Positions 19,823 through 29,311 of a DNA stretch of 64,000 nt are shown piece by piece. Origin of the DNA: Candidatus Obscuribacteraceae bacterium. GTDB lineage: Bacteria > Cyanobacteriota > Vampirovibrionia > Obscuribacterales > Obscuribacteraceae. Position 1 is the stretch's first letter. Each line of letters opens with the position of its first letter. Location of the stretch: positions 576,001 to 640,000 of the forward strand of contig JBGAHS010000003.1 of the NCBI GenBank assembly GCA_044226015.1, read 5' to 3'. The notes beneath the pieces are model-generated. The model was not told where the DNA came from and ran no database searches. It was given only the letters and a program-made list of their open reading frames with translations. Position numbers and translations under genes: made by a program.

Positions 19823-20052
19823 TGATACCTTATAGTCTCCGCTTTCTCCACTTCTTCCATCCAGCTCTGAGGAACGGTAACAAGTGAACGACGCTCAATC
19901 ATTGCAAGTTCTTTCAAATCCCAAAGATCTTGAAAGTGCCTCATGCCACCGCGATTACCTGAATTTCTTGCCGCACCATAAAGGCGGTTTAGCTTTTCAC
20001 GTAATTTCGAGGTTTCAACCTCAACAAAAGGACTCTGTTCTTTATGCATCAA
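19819..20052 (-). CDS. Small hypothetical protein, translationally coupled to the NUDIX gene
   Basis: ATGA stop/start overlap at 19819-19822; GGAG upstream. Confidence 0.7.
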   Translation of the reverse strand: MMHKEQSPFVEVETSKLREKLNRLYGAARNSGNRGGMRHFQDLWDLKELAMIERRSLVTVPQSWMEEVEKAETIRYQ

Positions 20053-20375
20053 TTTACCGCTCCATCAGTAACCTTTCAGAGCTGTAATCTAATCGGTAGT
20101 TCGTGAAATTCTCGTGCTCTCAATTTCGTAAATTCCGTAGATTGCCTGCTGTCGTTTCGCATCGAGAAAGAGCTACTATGTAAGGTCGTACAACTAGCGA
20201 AGACAAAAATATTGAGGTCGAAGAAGTGGAACTCATATTTAGTGAGCTCAAAACCCAATGCGAGACGGGCACCTTGCAAATAGATGCAGGGCACCCGTCT
20301 CAACAAAAGATGGCTTGGTATTAGCTCAGAAGCTCACAGGATCCATACTGCGAGCAAGAGCTGCCACCATAACCA

Positions 20376-20618
20376 TTAGTGCCGATGAGGAGGCATCGGG
20401 CGAGGGATCGGCGGCATCGGCATCGGCATCCGATTGCGGCAGAAGGGATCGTAAGGGTCGAAGCGGCAGTCCGGGAAGGGGTTGCGGCAGGACGGGTCGT
20501 AGGGCTCGAAACGGCAGTCCGGCGCGGGGCGCGGATGCGGATATGGACGGGGACCGTTGGTCGCACAGCCGCTGAGAAGAATAGCTGCCATAGCAGCCAG
20601 AATAAGAGTCTTTTTCAT
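20376..20618 (-). CDS. Small Pro-rich lipoprotein with a duplicated two-Cys motif
   Basis: GAAAGGA RBS, lipobox LSGC, two PDCRF(E/D)PYDPxCRN copies. Confidence 0.8.
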   Translation of the reverse strand: MKKTLILAAMAAILLSGCATNGPRPYPHPRPAPDCRFEPYDPSCRNPFPDCRFDPYDPFCRNRMPMPMPPIPRPMPPHRH

Positions 20619-21107
20619 AGTAAGTCCTTTCTATTTAGGGTTGCTTCAGCAAGCAAAAAGCCTGCCGGGTGACGTAAGACACCGTGTGTGCAGTTGCTGG
20701 TCGGTCGCTAACACGAACAACTTGAGCAGCTGAGACTGATTGTCTATTTCCAGGAAGGGGGGGATTGAGCCTGTAAATAAAGGAAGGAAACACACACCGT
20801 AAACCTGACAGTCAGCACCTGACAATATCAACAGTTTGTTCGTTCATCGTGTCTCGAAAGCCACATTTTTTGGAAGAATGGACATCAATAAAGTCCGGCC
20901 TAGCTCTGCGAGGACATGAAATAGACGGTGTCGGACTCCTCTTTTAAGAACTTCACACGCTTGCGCTAAGTCTTGGATCCCCTGGCTAGACATAGAGCCG
21001 TCACAAACAACGAGCCCAGCTTAAGCAAATCGCATGGAAGCACCGAGATTCGCCCTCTAAACTAATTTCCTGACCCACAGCCACAAAAGCATCCCAACCC
21101 ACAAATT

Positions 21108-22100
21108 ATGCTCAGAAAGAGCCTTATACTCTCTTCTCTACTGCAAATTTCCTTCGCCGCACAAAGCAGCTTTGCGGTGCCAGACCCAAAACCATTTTTA
21201 CTTCCTGAATTTCTTAGTGTGCCCTTTAGCGGCACAGATATGCCACCAGAGCTGACGCAGCAAGTAAAAGATGGCAAAGTCGATTTACGAAAGTTGGCGA
21301 TAACACTGGTTGAACGCAAACGACAATTCCAGGACAGATGGAAAAACGAAGATAACGAAGGCGAGATTCCTTGCAAGACATTTCCCGAGTCATGTGACGA
21401 CCTGGAAATCGTATCCTTTTTCCCAGAGCAGTACATCGACAGCCTCATTGAGCGCGGGCAATTGAACATGCATCAGACGGGCGAATCCCGCGGTTTGACC
21501 CAGAGAGAGCTGAGGGCAAAAGCAGAGAATTCGATGATTGGCATTCGCATGGAACCTGAAATAAATCAGGATCCCAAATCCATTCTTCAGTACTTACGAC
21601 CAAAGTATGGACTGGTCAACTTCAGCAAACCATGCGGTATCAAGGTGAATCCAAACCGCCTGCTGATTTATGGACAGGTGATCATTGTTTATGCCAACAG
21701 CGTAAAAATGCGCACCACTTACACTTATGGAGACAGCCTTTCCAGCTATTGCCACTACATAGCGGGTGACACCAAATTTTTCGTAGACCCGAAATCAATG
21801 CTTGAATTTGCACCGCCAGAGCATCGAGAGTCACGTGATGTACGTTATGTTGAAACTCAAACCTGGGGTCCTATCGATTTAAGCGACATCCAGGAATTCC
21901 GAATTCCTGCAGAAAGAAAAGATTTGCTCGAAAAGCTTAAACGAGCAGGAAAGCCGATTTACTCCTATTCGAGAGAGAACATTGAGAGCTGCGACTACCA
22001 CATGGACGAGTCTGAAATCGGCATTGGTAGGGGTGAGTTACTGTTCTCTGCCGATGGGCAGGCGGCGGCAAAAACTGACGAAGCAAAGTCAAAAAACTAA
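21108..22100 (+). CDS. Secreted DUF3626-like protein
   Basis: Signal peptide; motifs NMHQTGESRG, RPKYGLVN, RTTYTYGDS and YVETQTWG match my recollection of DUF3626. Confidence 0.65.
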   Translation: MLRKSLILSSLLQISFAAQSSFAVPDPKPFLLPEFLSVPFSGTDMPPELTQQVKDGKVDLRKLAITLVERKRQFQDRWKNEDNEGEIPCKTFPESCDDLEIVSFFPEQYIDSLIERGQLNMHQTGESRGLTQRELRAKAENSMIGIRMEPEINQDPKSILQYLRPKYGLVNFSKPCGIKVNPNRLLIYGQVIIVYANSVKMRTTYTYGDSLSSYCHYIAGDTKFFVDPKSMLEFAPPEHRESRDVRYVETQTWGPIDLSDIQEFRIPAERKDLLEKLKRAGKPIYSYSRENIESCDYHMDESEIGIGRGELLFSADGQAAAKTDEAKSKN

Positions 22101-22102
22101 CA

Positions 22103-23539
22103 CTACTTTTCGACAGTTATTTTGTCGATCTCTGCCCCATCATCTGTAACCTGTTTCAACTCAAGATTTTTTCCTTTCACCGACAAAACAGTGAAGCTGT
22201 TCTTTTCTGAATAAAACTTTCTGGTGTAGGGCTGCCATCGCGTTGTATCCGCCTGGATCTTCTGCGAAGCTGGCTCCAGTCCTCCTGCTCCAGAAATAAT
22301 ATAAATGATGCCGTCGGGATGCTTTTCACTAACGCCATCGAATTTCTTGTCTGATTTGACCTTACCGTATACATAACCCAGGTTCGATTCGGGATCGCTT
22401 ACCGCCTCGCTCTGAATTGTGAATCGCAGCGGAGCTGTTCTTTGATAACTGTTGCTGTGACCTGAGAACACCATGTCGACACCGTTGGCTTCAAAGAGAT
22501 CGCAGAGCCTCCTCATTTGCTGTTCCTCCCCATGAACAGGGTCAGAGCTAAAGCCGCTTTGATGCATCAAAACAAATTTCCAGGTCTTCTTGCTTCTGGA
22601 CAGATCTGCAGCAACCCAGCTGCGCCAATCCTTTCTGTTCAAATCAACGTACTTCCCACCGTCAAGAACCAACCAGTGTGTGTCACCCCAATCAAAAGAA
22701 AAGTTTGATTCGAGTGGATAATTTTGAGCAGCAGCCTTGCAAAAAGCCGCAATGTTTTCAGCTGCCCCCTTTACTTGCGGAAAGTTTGAATCATTGCTGG
22801 AGTAAGCCGCTGGACCGTTTAAGGGCTGCTGCCAGAATGCAAAATAAGCCAGATTACCGGGTGTTTGGTCGAGATTTCTGTTGTCGTTGTCGGGGTCAAA
22901 ACGGTCTGCCGACAGCTCTCGATCACCAGGACAAAGGACCGAGACAGCACTACTGCACAATTTATTCTTGCCTGAAAATTCATGAAAAAACTGCTTGATG
23001 TAGGCGTTCGAGCTGCTGAGCGGTTTGAGCAGGTCACCCGTAAACAGAATGGCAGATGGATCCGCCCCTTGAATTTGAGAGAGAAGCGATGCCAATTTGC
23101 CACCATATGCGACACTGCCAACAAGAGCAAACTTCGCCTGTTCATCCCGTGCCGGGCGAGGCTTTATCTGTCCTTGAAATAAAATGCCAGCCGCCTCACG
23201 AATCTTGTACTCGACCGCAAGAGAAGGCTTCAGCCCAGAGAGTTCCGCCACAAAAAGCTGCTTCCCCGGAAGAGAGGCATAAAGAGGCAGCTGCTTTAGC
23301 GAAGCAGCTCGGTAAGGTTCCTGACTCTGACGGTATTCCAGAAGAGGCTTGCTACTTGCAAATGGCGCAAACTCAACACAAAGATTTGACTCAGAGCCCG
23401 AAGCGCCGAGTTGAACTGTGGGCGGAATCAAAAATTTCAATTGCTGTGCTGGCTTGCCTGGTTCAGCAAGGGCAGAGACTGGAAAGATCAGGCAAGACAG
23501 ACAAGACAGAGCAACAAATTTAAAACCGGCTACGTGCAT
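22103..23539 (-). CDS. Secreted purple acid phosphatase-like metallophosphoesterase with degenerate metal motifs
   Basis: Signal peptide, FN3-like LSGLKPS segment, TGDL, FSFDWGDTHWLVLD, VLMH, VDMVFSGHSNSYQR, IIYIISGAGG; ATG 23539 after GGGGAGG. Confidence 0.85.
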   Translation of the reverse strand: MHVAGFKFVALSCLSCLIFPVSALAEPGKPAQQLKFLIPPTVQLGASGSESNLCVEFAPFASSKPLLEYRQSQEPYRAASLKQLPLYASLPGKQLFVAELSGLKPSLAVEYKIREAAGILFQGQIKPRPARDEQAKFALVGSVAYGGKLASLLSQIQGADPSAILFTGDLLKPLSSSNAYIKQFFHEFSGKNKLCSSAVSVLCPGDRELSADRFDPDNDNRNLDQTPGNLAYFAFWQQPLNGPAAYSSNDSNFPQVKGAAENIAAFCKAAAQNYPLESNFSFDWGDTHWLVLDGGKYVDLNRKDWRSWVAADLSRSKKTWKFVLMHQSGFSSDPVHGEEQQMRRLCDLFEANGVDMVFSGHSNSYQRTAPLRFTIQSEAVSDPESNLGYVYGKVKSDKKFDGVSEKHPDGIIYIISGAGGLEPASQKIQADTTRWQPYTRKFYSEKNSFTVLSVKGKNLELKQVTDDGAEIDKITVEK

Positions 23540-23602
23540 TTGGGACAGCCTCCCCACTGGCATCCTGCGCAACGGAGGGATTATAGCCTATTGGATACAA
23601 GC

Positions 23603-24181
23603 TTATTTCACAGGAGGCAACTCTTGCAATCGAATTCCGCCCATTGAGACACAGACAGAGCTTGAGCGAAACGGGGCAGCGCTGCTTTTGCGATATGCCA
23701 TAGCCCAAATTTTTACGTACCTGGAAGATTCTGCACCTGTCCAATTAACAGGAAATGCATGAATTCTGTCGGATGAGCTACCTAACAATCGTTCATGCCC
23801 AGCGGATTTTCCTGCGAAAGGACCATCAACGGGCTCTATGAAAATTTGAACTTTGTAAGCTTCAGGAGCATTGCAAAATATGGTTGCATCTTCAAAGACT
23901 CTATCCACTACCGCACTCCTAGCCAGCGGATCAATTCGCAACTTGATGCTCTCATCAATCTTAAGATAACGCTGAGGAGCAGAATTATTCGCCTGAGGCT
24001 TTGTTTCGGAGAAGTCAAAAAGATCCACATCAGGCTTTGTTTTGGGAACGCCTGGCGCCGCGACCGGACCATTCTTGTTGGAGTTATCAGCTGGTTTTGT
24101 TGGATCAGGCCCCGCAGCAAAAGCCATGTTCCACAAAACGGAACAGCCAAGAATTATTGCAGAGCAGTAGAACTTTCTCAT
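23603..24181 (-). CDS. Secreted hypothetical protein
   Basis: Signal peptide ending MAFA, Pro-rich linker, beta-rich domain. Confidence 0.75.
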   Translation of the reverse strand: MRKFYCSAIILGCSVLWNMAFAAGPDPTKPADNSNKNGPVAAPGVPKTKPDVDLFDFSETKPQANNSAPQRYLKIDESIKLRIDPLARSAVVDRVFEDATIFCNAPEAYKVQIFIEPVDGPFAGKSAGHERLLGSSSDRIHAFPVNWTGAESSRYVKIWAMAYRKSSAAPFRSSSVCVSMGGIRLQELPPVK

Positions 24182-24340
24182 TGCTTCGATTAAAACGGCA
24201 CATCAGAGCAAGCAAAAACGCCAAGTAGATTATTCCCAAAACGAAATCGAAGATACCGACCTCTGCTAATACTGGTATGGATTAGAAGATTCGGATTGCG
24301 GATTGCAAGAGCTACTACAATCACTCGTAGATAAACGAGA

Positions 24341-24387
24341 AAAAAATGAGAAAGAGAGATGGGGACTAGCCCCATCTCTCCTCCTCA
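24341..24387 (-). terminator. Intrinsic terminator after adenosine deaminase paralogue 1
   Basis: GAGAGATGGGG/CCCCATCTCTC stem plus T tract on the minus strand. Confidence 0.8.
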
Positions 24388-24393
24388 GTTCGC

Positions 24394-25470
24394 CTAACAG
24401 CGAGCGCCGGCTTGCCGATAGCCTTCGAGAAGTTGCCGTTCGAGCTTCTTCCGCGTGGCTTCATCAACCGTGGCATATCGCAGCCCGGTCAAATTACAAC
24501 GCAAGAAGTCGTCGACGGTCCACCCGAAAGTGCGCGACAAAGCCATATACTCGTGCGTAGTCGTCGTTCCTGTCAGCAGGGTGCCATCCAGGTCAATATT
24601 GACGTTCTTGCCCTTTCGATACATGCGATCGATCGGGTGCTTTTTCGCGCTCTCCACGACATGCGTAACCAGATTGCTGGTCATGCACACCGTACAGAGC
24701 TTGTTCCTGGGGTCACCGTGGATAGCGTGACCAAGTTCACAGCAGCCGATTGCATCGAGCGCCGCGTGGTCGGCATCAGTGATAGCATTCGCCTCACCAA
24801 TGTGACAGGTCACCTGCTTTCCTGCTGCTGAAACCCGCATCGCTTGTCGCGCCCACCAGGCTGGCACACCAGGAAACTTGGACTCGTCACCCGCCAGGTC
24901 AAACGTTGTGACCAGCGGATTTTTGAGAACAGTATTTGCAAGGTGATAAGCCATACGCCCATTTTCATGGCGAAGAGCGCAGACAGCAAGCCGCACAGGA
25001 ATTGAAGCCTCAGACGCAGCCTGCTGCAACGGGTCGATGACCTGTTGCAGACTGAGCCCGTTGCGGCGATGCAATTGCGGTGCGAAGCGAAGCTTCAGGA
25101 AGATCATACCGTCAGCGACAGCATCTTCGACACGTTCTTTGGCGGTCTTGTAGATGTCGTCCTGCGTCTGTAGAGTAGGCAGCACCTGCTCCCAGAGAAT
25201 CTCGAGGTAGTTGGTCAGGGAGTGTTTGGCATGCTCTCCCAACCAGGTCTGGTAGCGAGTGGCAGCCGCTGCTTGCAGCGCCGCATCAGTGCCAGCCGCA
25301 ACCCACATGTCTTTGAATTCCTGCGGAATCGCAAGGTTCTCAGCCGTGCCTCGTCCGAGCACATGTGTGGGTCGAATCGAGCAATCATAATGCTCGTGAA
25401 GAACGATTTTCGGCAAGCGTTGCGCCTGCTCGAAACTAAGCCGATGGCGGCCCGACTTTGATGCTTTCAT
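24394..25470 (-). CDS. Adenosine deaminase family protein, paralogue 1
   Basis: LPKIVLHEHYD, RFAPQLH, DLAGDE, HIGE, LGHA, TSN, HPI motifs; ATG 25470 after GAGGTG. Confidence 0.88.
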   Translation of the reverse strand: MKASKSGRHRLSFEQAQRLPKIVLHEHYDCSIRPTHVLGRGTAENLAIPQEFKDMWVAAGTDAALQAAAATRYQTWLGEHAKHSLTNYLEILWEQVLPTLQTQDDIYKTAKERVEDAVADGMIFLKLRFAPQLHRRNGLSLQQVIDPLQQAASEASIPVRLAVCALRHENGRMAYHLANTVLKNPLVTTFDLAGDESKFPGVPAWWARQAMRVSAAGKQVTCHIGEANAITDADHAALDAIGCCELGHAIHGDPRNKLCTVCMTSNLVTHVVESAKKHPIDRMYRKGKNVNIDLDGTLLTGTTTTHEYMALSRTFGWTVDDFLRCNLTGLRYATVDEATRKKLERQLLEGYRQAGARC

Positions 25471-25512
25471 TTGCACCTCTTTTTGCTTATTGTGGCCAGC
25501 TCGGGCTGGCAT

Positions 25513-25548
25513 AAAAGGTGGAGGCTAGCATCCGTGCCAGCCTCCACC
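25513..25548 (-). terminator. Hairpin/terminator between the fadJ-like gene and deaminase 1
   Basis: GGTGGAGGCT/AGCCTCCACC stem followed by TTTT on the minus strand. Confidence 0.7.
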
Positions 25549-25597
25549 AGAATCAACAAACGAAGTGACACCATATCTGGAGCCACTTAGTCTGTCC

Positions 25598-27922
25598 TCA
25601 GGAGCAGAGTCCCTTGCCCTGAGCAGCAAGCTCGCGAATCAGAGCCGCGGGCTTGTAGTTGTCGTCACCGGTCATCTGGTGGAGCATCTCCAGCTTCTGC
25701 AGCAGAACACGCGCGCCGACGCGATCAGCGTAGCGCAGCGGTCCACCGCGGAACGGAGCCCAACCAGTACCGAGAATCATGGCGATGTTTACGTCGTCAG
25801 CTTCTTCAGCGACACCTTCGCTGATGCAGAGAACCGCTTCGTTCACCATGGCCAGAACCATGCGGTCCTGGATTTCCTCGATTTTCCGCTTCACCGGCGC
25901 CTTGTTCACCACAGCGACGATCTCTGGATTGAAGCCAGCAGGCTTGCCAGCATCGTTGTAGAGATACATGCCCTTGCCGCTCTTCTTGCCGAGAATTTTC
26001 TTCTCGACGACGAATTTGAGCAAGTCGGTGGTGTGGATGCGATCGCCGAGCTTGGCGTTCATGACCTTCACGACGTTGGCGCAGATGTCCAGCCCGACTT
26101 CGTCCATCAGAACGAAGGGACCCATCGGCATGCCGAACTTCGTCATCGCCTTCTCGATGTCCTCGGCCGGAACGCCCTCTTCGAGCAGCTTCACAGCTTC
26201 GAACATGTACGGAGCAAGAATGCGATTCACGACAAAGCCAGCCGAGTCGCCGAGCGGGCGAGTGACCTTACCCAGCTTGCTCGCGAAGAGCTGAAGGGTA
26301 GCGGCAACCTCTTCAGTCGTCTTGTCGCCCTTGATCACCTCGACGAACTTCATCGCGTGAACAGGGTTGAAGAAGTGCAAGCCGCCGAATCGCGAAGCAT
26401 CCTTCAAGCACGAGCCAAGCTGCGTCACGGAAAGCGACGAAGTGTTCGTCGCAATGATGCAGTCCGGACGAACATGCTTCTCCAGTTCGAGATAGACAGC
26501 CTGCTTCTCCTCGAAGACTTCCCGCACCGCTTCGATGACCAGATCAACATCGGCCAGAGCCGAGTAATCGTCGACCACGAAGGTGATGTTCGCGAAACGC
26601 ACATCGGCTTCGTCCTGGGTGATGAGCTTCTTCTCGACCATCTTGTCGAAGAGTCCCTTCACCGTGGCCTTGCCCTTCTCGATGGCGCCAGGGAACGGGT
26701 CCCGAGCGACCACCTTGAAGCCGGAATTGGCCGCAAGCTGCACGATGCCAGCACCCATGGTGCCGCAGCCGAGCACTGCAACCTTCTTCACGGTCCGACC
26801 GCCGAGCTTCTTGCCTTCCTGAGTCAGAAAGTGAATCCGCACGAAATTGCGCGACACTTCGCTGGTGCAAAGCTGCGCAAAAGTGCTGGACTCAAGCTGG
26901 GAGGCTTTGTCGGTGGGCATTTCCAGAGCGCCAAGAGCGAGCTTGACGGCAGCCAGTGGCGCCGGCATGTTGCCCTTCGTCTCCTTCATGACGCCAGCAG
27001 TCGCGAACTTGCGAACCTGCTGCAACCCGAGCGGAACCATGGCGCCGTAAGCACCAGCGAGCAGCGAAGCGATACCACCGAGCCAGCTGGCACCGGAGAC
27101 AGCACCGCTGACAAAGCCGCTCGTGAACAAACCTACGACTCCGCCCAGCCCTGCGCCGATGAGCCCACCAGCGAGAGCTCCGATCAGAGCGAGTGCCACA
27201 GCGGCGACCCACTTCTGTTCGAGAGCAGTTCGCCTTGCACGAGACTTCAACGACGGACGGAAGCTCTTCGGCTTGGCGCCGAGAGCGATCGCGCAGGCGC
27301 GGTCAAAGAGCTGCTCTTCCGACACGAGTTCGGAGAACAACCCGGTTCGCCAGGCTTTTTCAGCATCCCAGGTCTTGAGAGGCGCCAGGATGAGCTCGAG
27401 GGCGCTTTCCACGCCGACCAGCTTGGGCAGGCGAACAGTGCCGCCCCAGCCAGGAACGAAGCCGAGACCAACTTCGGGAAGACCAATCTTGGTCTCGCGG
27501 CTGTTGGTGGCTACGCGATGGCTGCAGGCCAGAGCGAGTTCGGTGCCGCCGCCAAGGCACTTTCCGTGAATGGCAGCGACGGTGGGGAAGGGAAGCTTCT
27601 CGATTTTCGCGAAAACGGCCTTGCCGTATTCGGTAGCTTCGAAAGCGACCGTCGGAGACATGGTCTGAATCTTCACGACCTCTTCGAGGTCGGCACCAGC
27701 GAAGAAGATGTCCTTCTTGCCGGAGATGATGACCAGACCACGCACTCCATCGAGCTGAGCAAGAAGGTCGAGCGCAGACTCGAACTCATTCATCACACTC
27801 GTAGAAAGCTTGTTGACCTTGCTGCCTTCGAGGTCGAACCTGATGACAGCGATACCATTGTCCCGCAGGCTGAGGCTGAGAGCTGCACCTACAGACAGAA
27901 CTTTTGCATTATTGGTTTCCAT
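25598..27922 (-). CDS. fadJ: Fatty acid oxidation complex alpha subunit (enoyl-CoA hydratase/3-hydroxyacyl-CoA dehydrogenase), FadJ/FadB type
   Basis: FFAGADL, CLGGGTELAL, GLPEVGLG, VAVLGCGTMG, TNTSSL, GLHFFNP, GFVVNR and PFRGGP motifs. Confidence 0.93.
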   Translation of the reverse strand: METNNAKVLSVGAALSLSLRDNGIAVIRFDLEGSKVNKLSTSVMNEFESALDLLAQLDGVRGLVIISGKKDIFFAGADLEEVVKIQTMSPTVAFEATEYGKAVFAKIEKLPFPTVAAIHGKCLGGGTELALACSHRVATNSRETKIGLPEVGLGFVPGWGGTVRLPKLVGVESALELILAPLKTWDAEKAWRTGLFSELVSEEQLFDRACAIALGAKPKSFRPSLKSRARRTALEQKWVAAVALALIGALAGGLIGAGLGGVVGLFTSGFVSGAVSGASWLGGIASLLAGAYGAMVPLGLQQVRKFATAGVMKETKGNMPAPLAAVKLALGALEMPTDKASQLESSTFAQLCTSEVSRNFVRIHFLTQEGKKLGGRTVKKVAVLGCGTMGAGIVQLAANSGFKVVARDPFPGAIEKGKATVKGLFDKMVEKKLITQDEADVRFANITFVVDDYSALADVDLVIEAVREVFEEKQAVYLELEKHVRPDCIIATNTSSLSVTQLGSCLKDASRFGGLHFFNPVHAMKFVEVIKGDKTTEEVAATLQLFASKLGKVTRPLGDSAGFVVNRILAPYMFEAVKLLEEGVPAEDIEKAMTKFGMPMGPFVLMDEVGLDICANVVKVMNAKLGDRIHTTDLLKFVVEKKILGKKSGKGMYLYNDAGKPAGFNPEIVAVVNKAPVKRKIEEIQDRMVLAMVNEAVLCISEGVAEEADDVNIAMILGTGWAPFRGGPLRYADRVGARVLLQKLEMLHQMTGDDNYKPAALIRELAAQGKGLCS

Positions 27923-28007
27923 TGTCTTAGACCTTGTTATACGCCAGCCAGCTGGCGAGTTCCGACGAGGAACTCACCAGACAGGCTGAAAGACGTTCTC
28001 CCTTGTA

Positions 28008-29222
28008 TTACAGAGTTTCGATGAGAGTCGCAATGCCCATTCCGCCGCCGATGCAGAGGGTAGCAATGCCGCGCTTCAGTCCTCGAGCCTTGAGCTCGTG
28101 AGCCAGCGTCAGAATGACGCGCGCGCCAGACATGGCAATGGGGTGACCGAGCGCAACGGCACCGCCGTTGACGTTGACCTTGTTGCGATCGAGCCCAAGC
28201 GCCTTTTCGCAAGCCAGATACTGCCCGGCGAAAGCTTCGTTGAGTTCGAACAGGTCGATATCCGCGAGGGTCAGACCGTTGCGTTCCAGGAGCTTCTTCA
28301 CCGCGTAGACTGGACCCAGCCCCATACGTTCCGGGTCGAGGGCGACGGTGATGTGGTCAGTGAGCTGAGCCAGCGGCTCGACACCGAGCTCCGCGACCTT
28401 CGCCTCAGAGGCGATGGCGAGGAAGCAGGCGCCGTCGTTGAGGCCGGAGGCGTTGCCCGCCGTAATCGCAGCCGTACCGAGAGTCGGCTTCAGCTTGCCG
28501 AGCGCCTCCAGAGTGGTGGCGCGAGGATGCTCGTCACGCGCGAAGACGCCCTTCTTGGTCAGAACAGGCGCGATTTCGCGATCGAAGCGACCCGACTTGA
28601 TGGCGGCTGCCGCACGCTGCTGAGACAGCAGAGCGAAAGCGTCCATGTCCGCACGAGTGATGCCGGCTTCGTTGGCGATGAGCTGAGCAGTCTGGGCCAT
28701 GGCCACCGTGCGGGTGTCCTTGACCAGATGCAGCGGCGCCAGCCCGTCATCGACCATGCCGACGTAAAGCCGCGGGCCGATCTTGGGCAGCCAGCGCGAG
28801 AGAAGCCGCGTCAGCCAGTGCTTCGTGCGCAGATTGGCCGGAGCGATGTAAGTCGCCCCCGACATGACATCGGCGCCACCAGCCACGAAGAGATCACCAC
28901 GGCCGAGCATGATCTCGTCCATGGCATTGTTGACGGCCTTCATGCCGGAACCGCACTGAATGTGCAAGGTGTACCCAGTAGCGGAAGCGGGCAACCCAGC
29001 ATTGAGCCAGGTGAAGCGCGAGAAGTTCGGCGTCAGCGGGCTCGTGTAGGCGCTGCCAGCGATGACACCGTCAACGGTGGCAGGGTCGATACCCGTGCGG
29101 TTGAAAAGCTGCACGAGAACATGCTCGGCGAGCTTGTCGGCAGTGGTGTCCGCAAGGCTGCGACCGTAGGAACCAATCGGCGAGCGGACGCCGCCAATCA
29201 AGAGAGCTTTTTTGCTCGACAT
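28008..29222 (-). CDS. fadA: Acetyl-CoA C-acyltransferase (3-ketoacyl-CoA thiolase)
   Basis: QCGSG, NEAF, GHP and CIGGG catalytic motifs; ATG 29222 after GGAG. Confidence 0.93.
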   Translation of the reverse strand: MSSKKALLIGGVRSPIGSYGRSLADTTADKLAEHVLVQLFNRTGIDPATVDGVIAGSAYTSPLTPNFSRFTWLNAGLPASATGYTLHIQCGSGMKAVNNAMDEIMLGRGDLFVAGGADVMSGATYIAPANLRTKHWLTRLLSRWLPKIGPRLYVGMVDDGLAPLHLVKDTRTVAMAQTAQLIANEAGITRADMDAFALLSQQRAAAAIKSGRFDREIAPVLTKKGVFARDEHPRATTLEALGKLKPTLGTAAITAGNASGLNDGACFLAIASEAKVAELGVEPLAQLTDHITVALDPERMGLGPVYAVKKLLERNGLTLADIDLFELNEAFAGQYLACEKALGLDRNKVNVNGGAVALGHPIAMSGARVILTLAHELKARGLKRGIATLCIGGGMGIATLIETL

Positions 29223-29311
29223 GAGAGTAACTCCATGTTGTTGCAGTGCAGTCACTTCAGAGCGACTGCACCTGTGATGCTTGTATGTGAGGTGAGCACT
29301 GGCGCCTCGGG

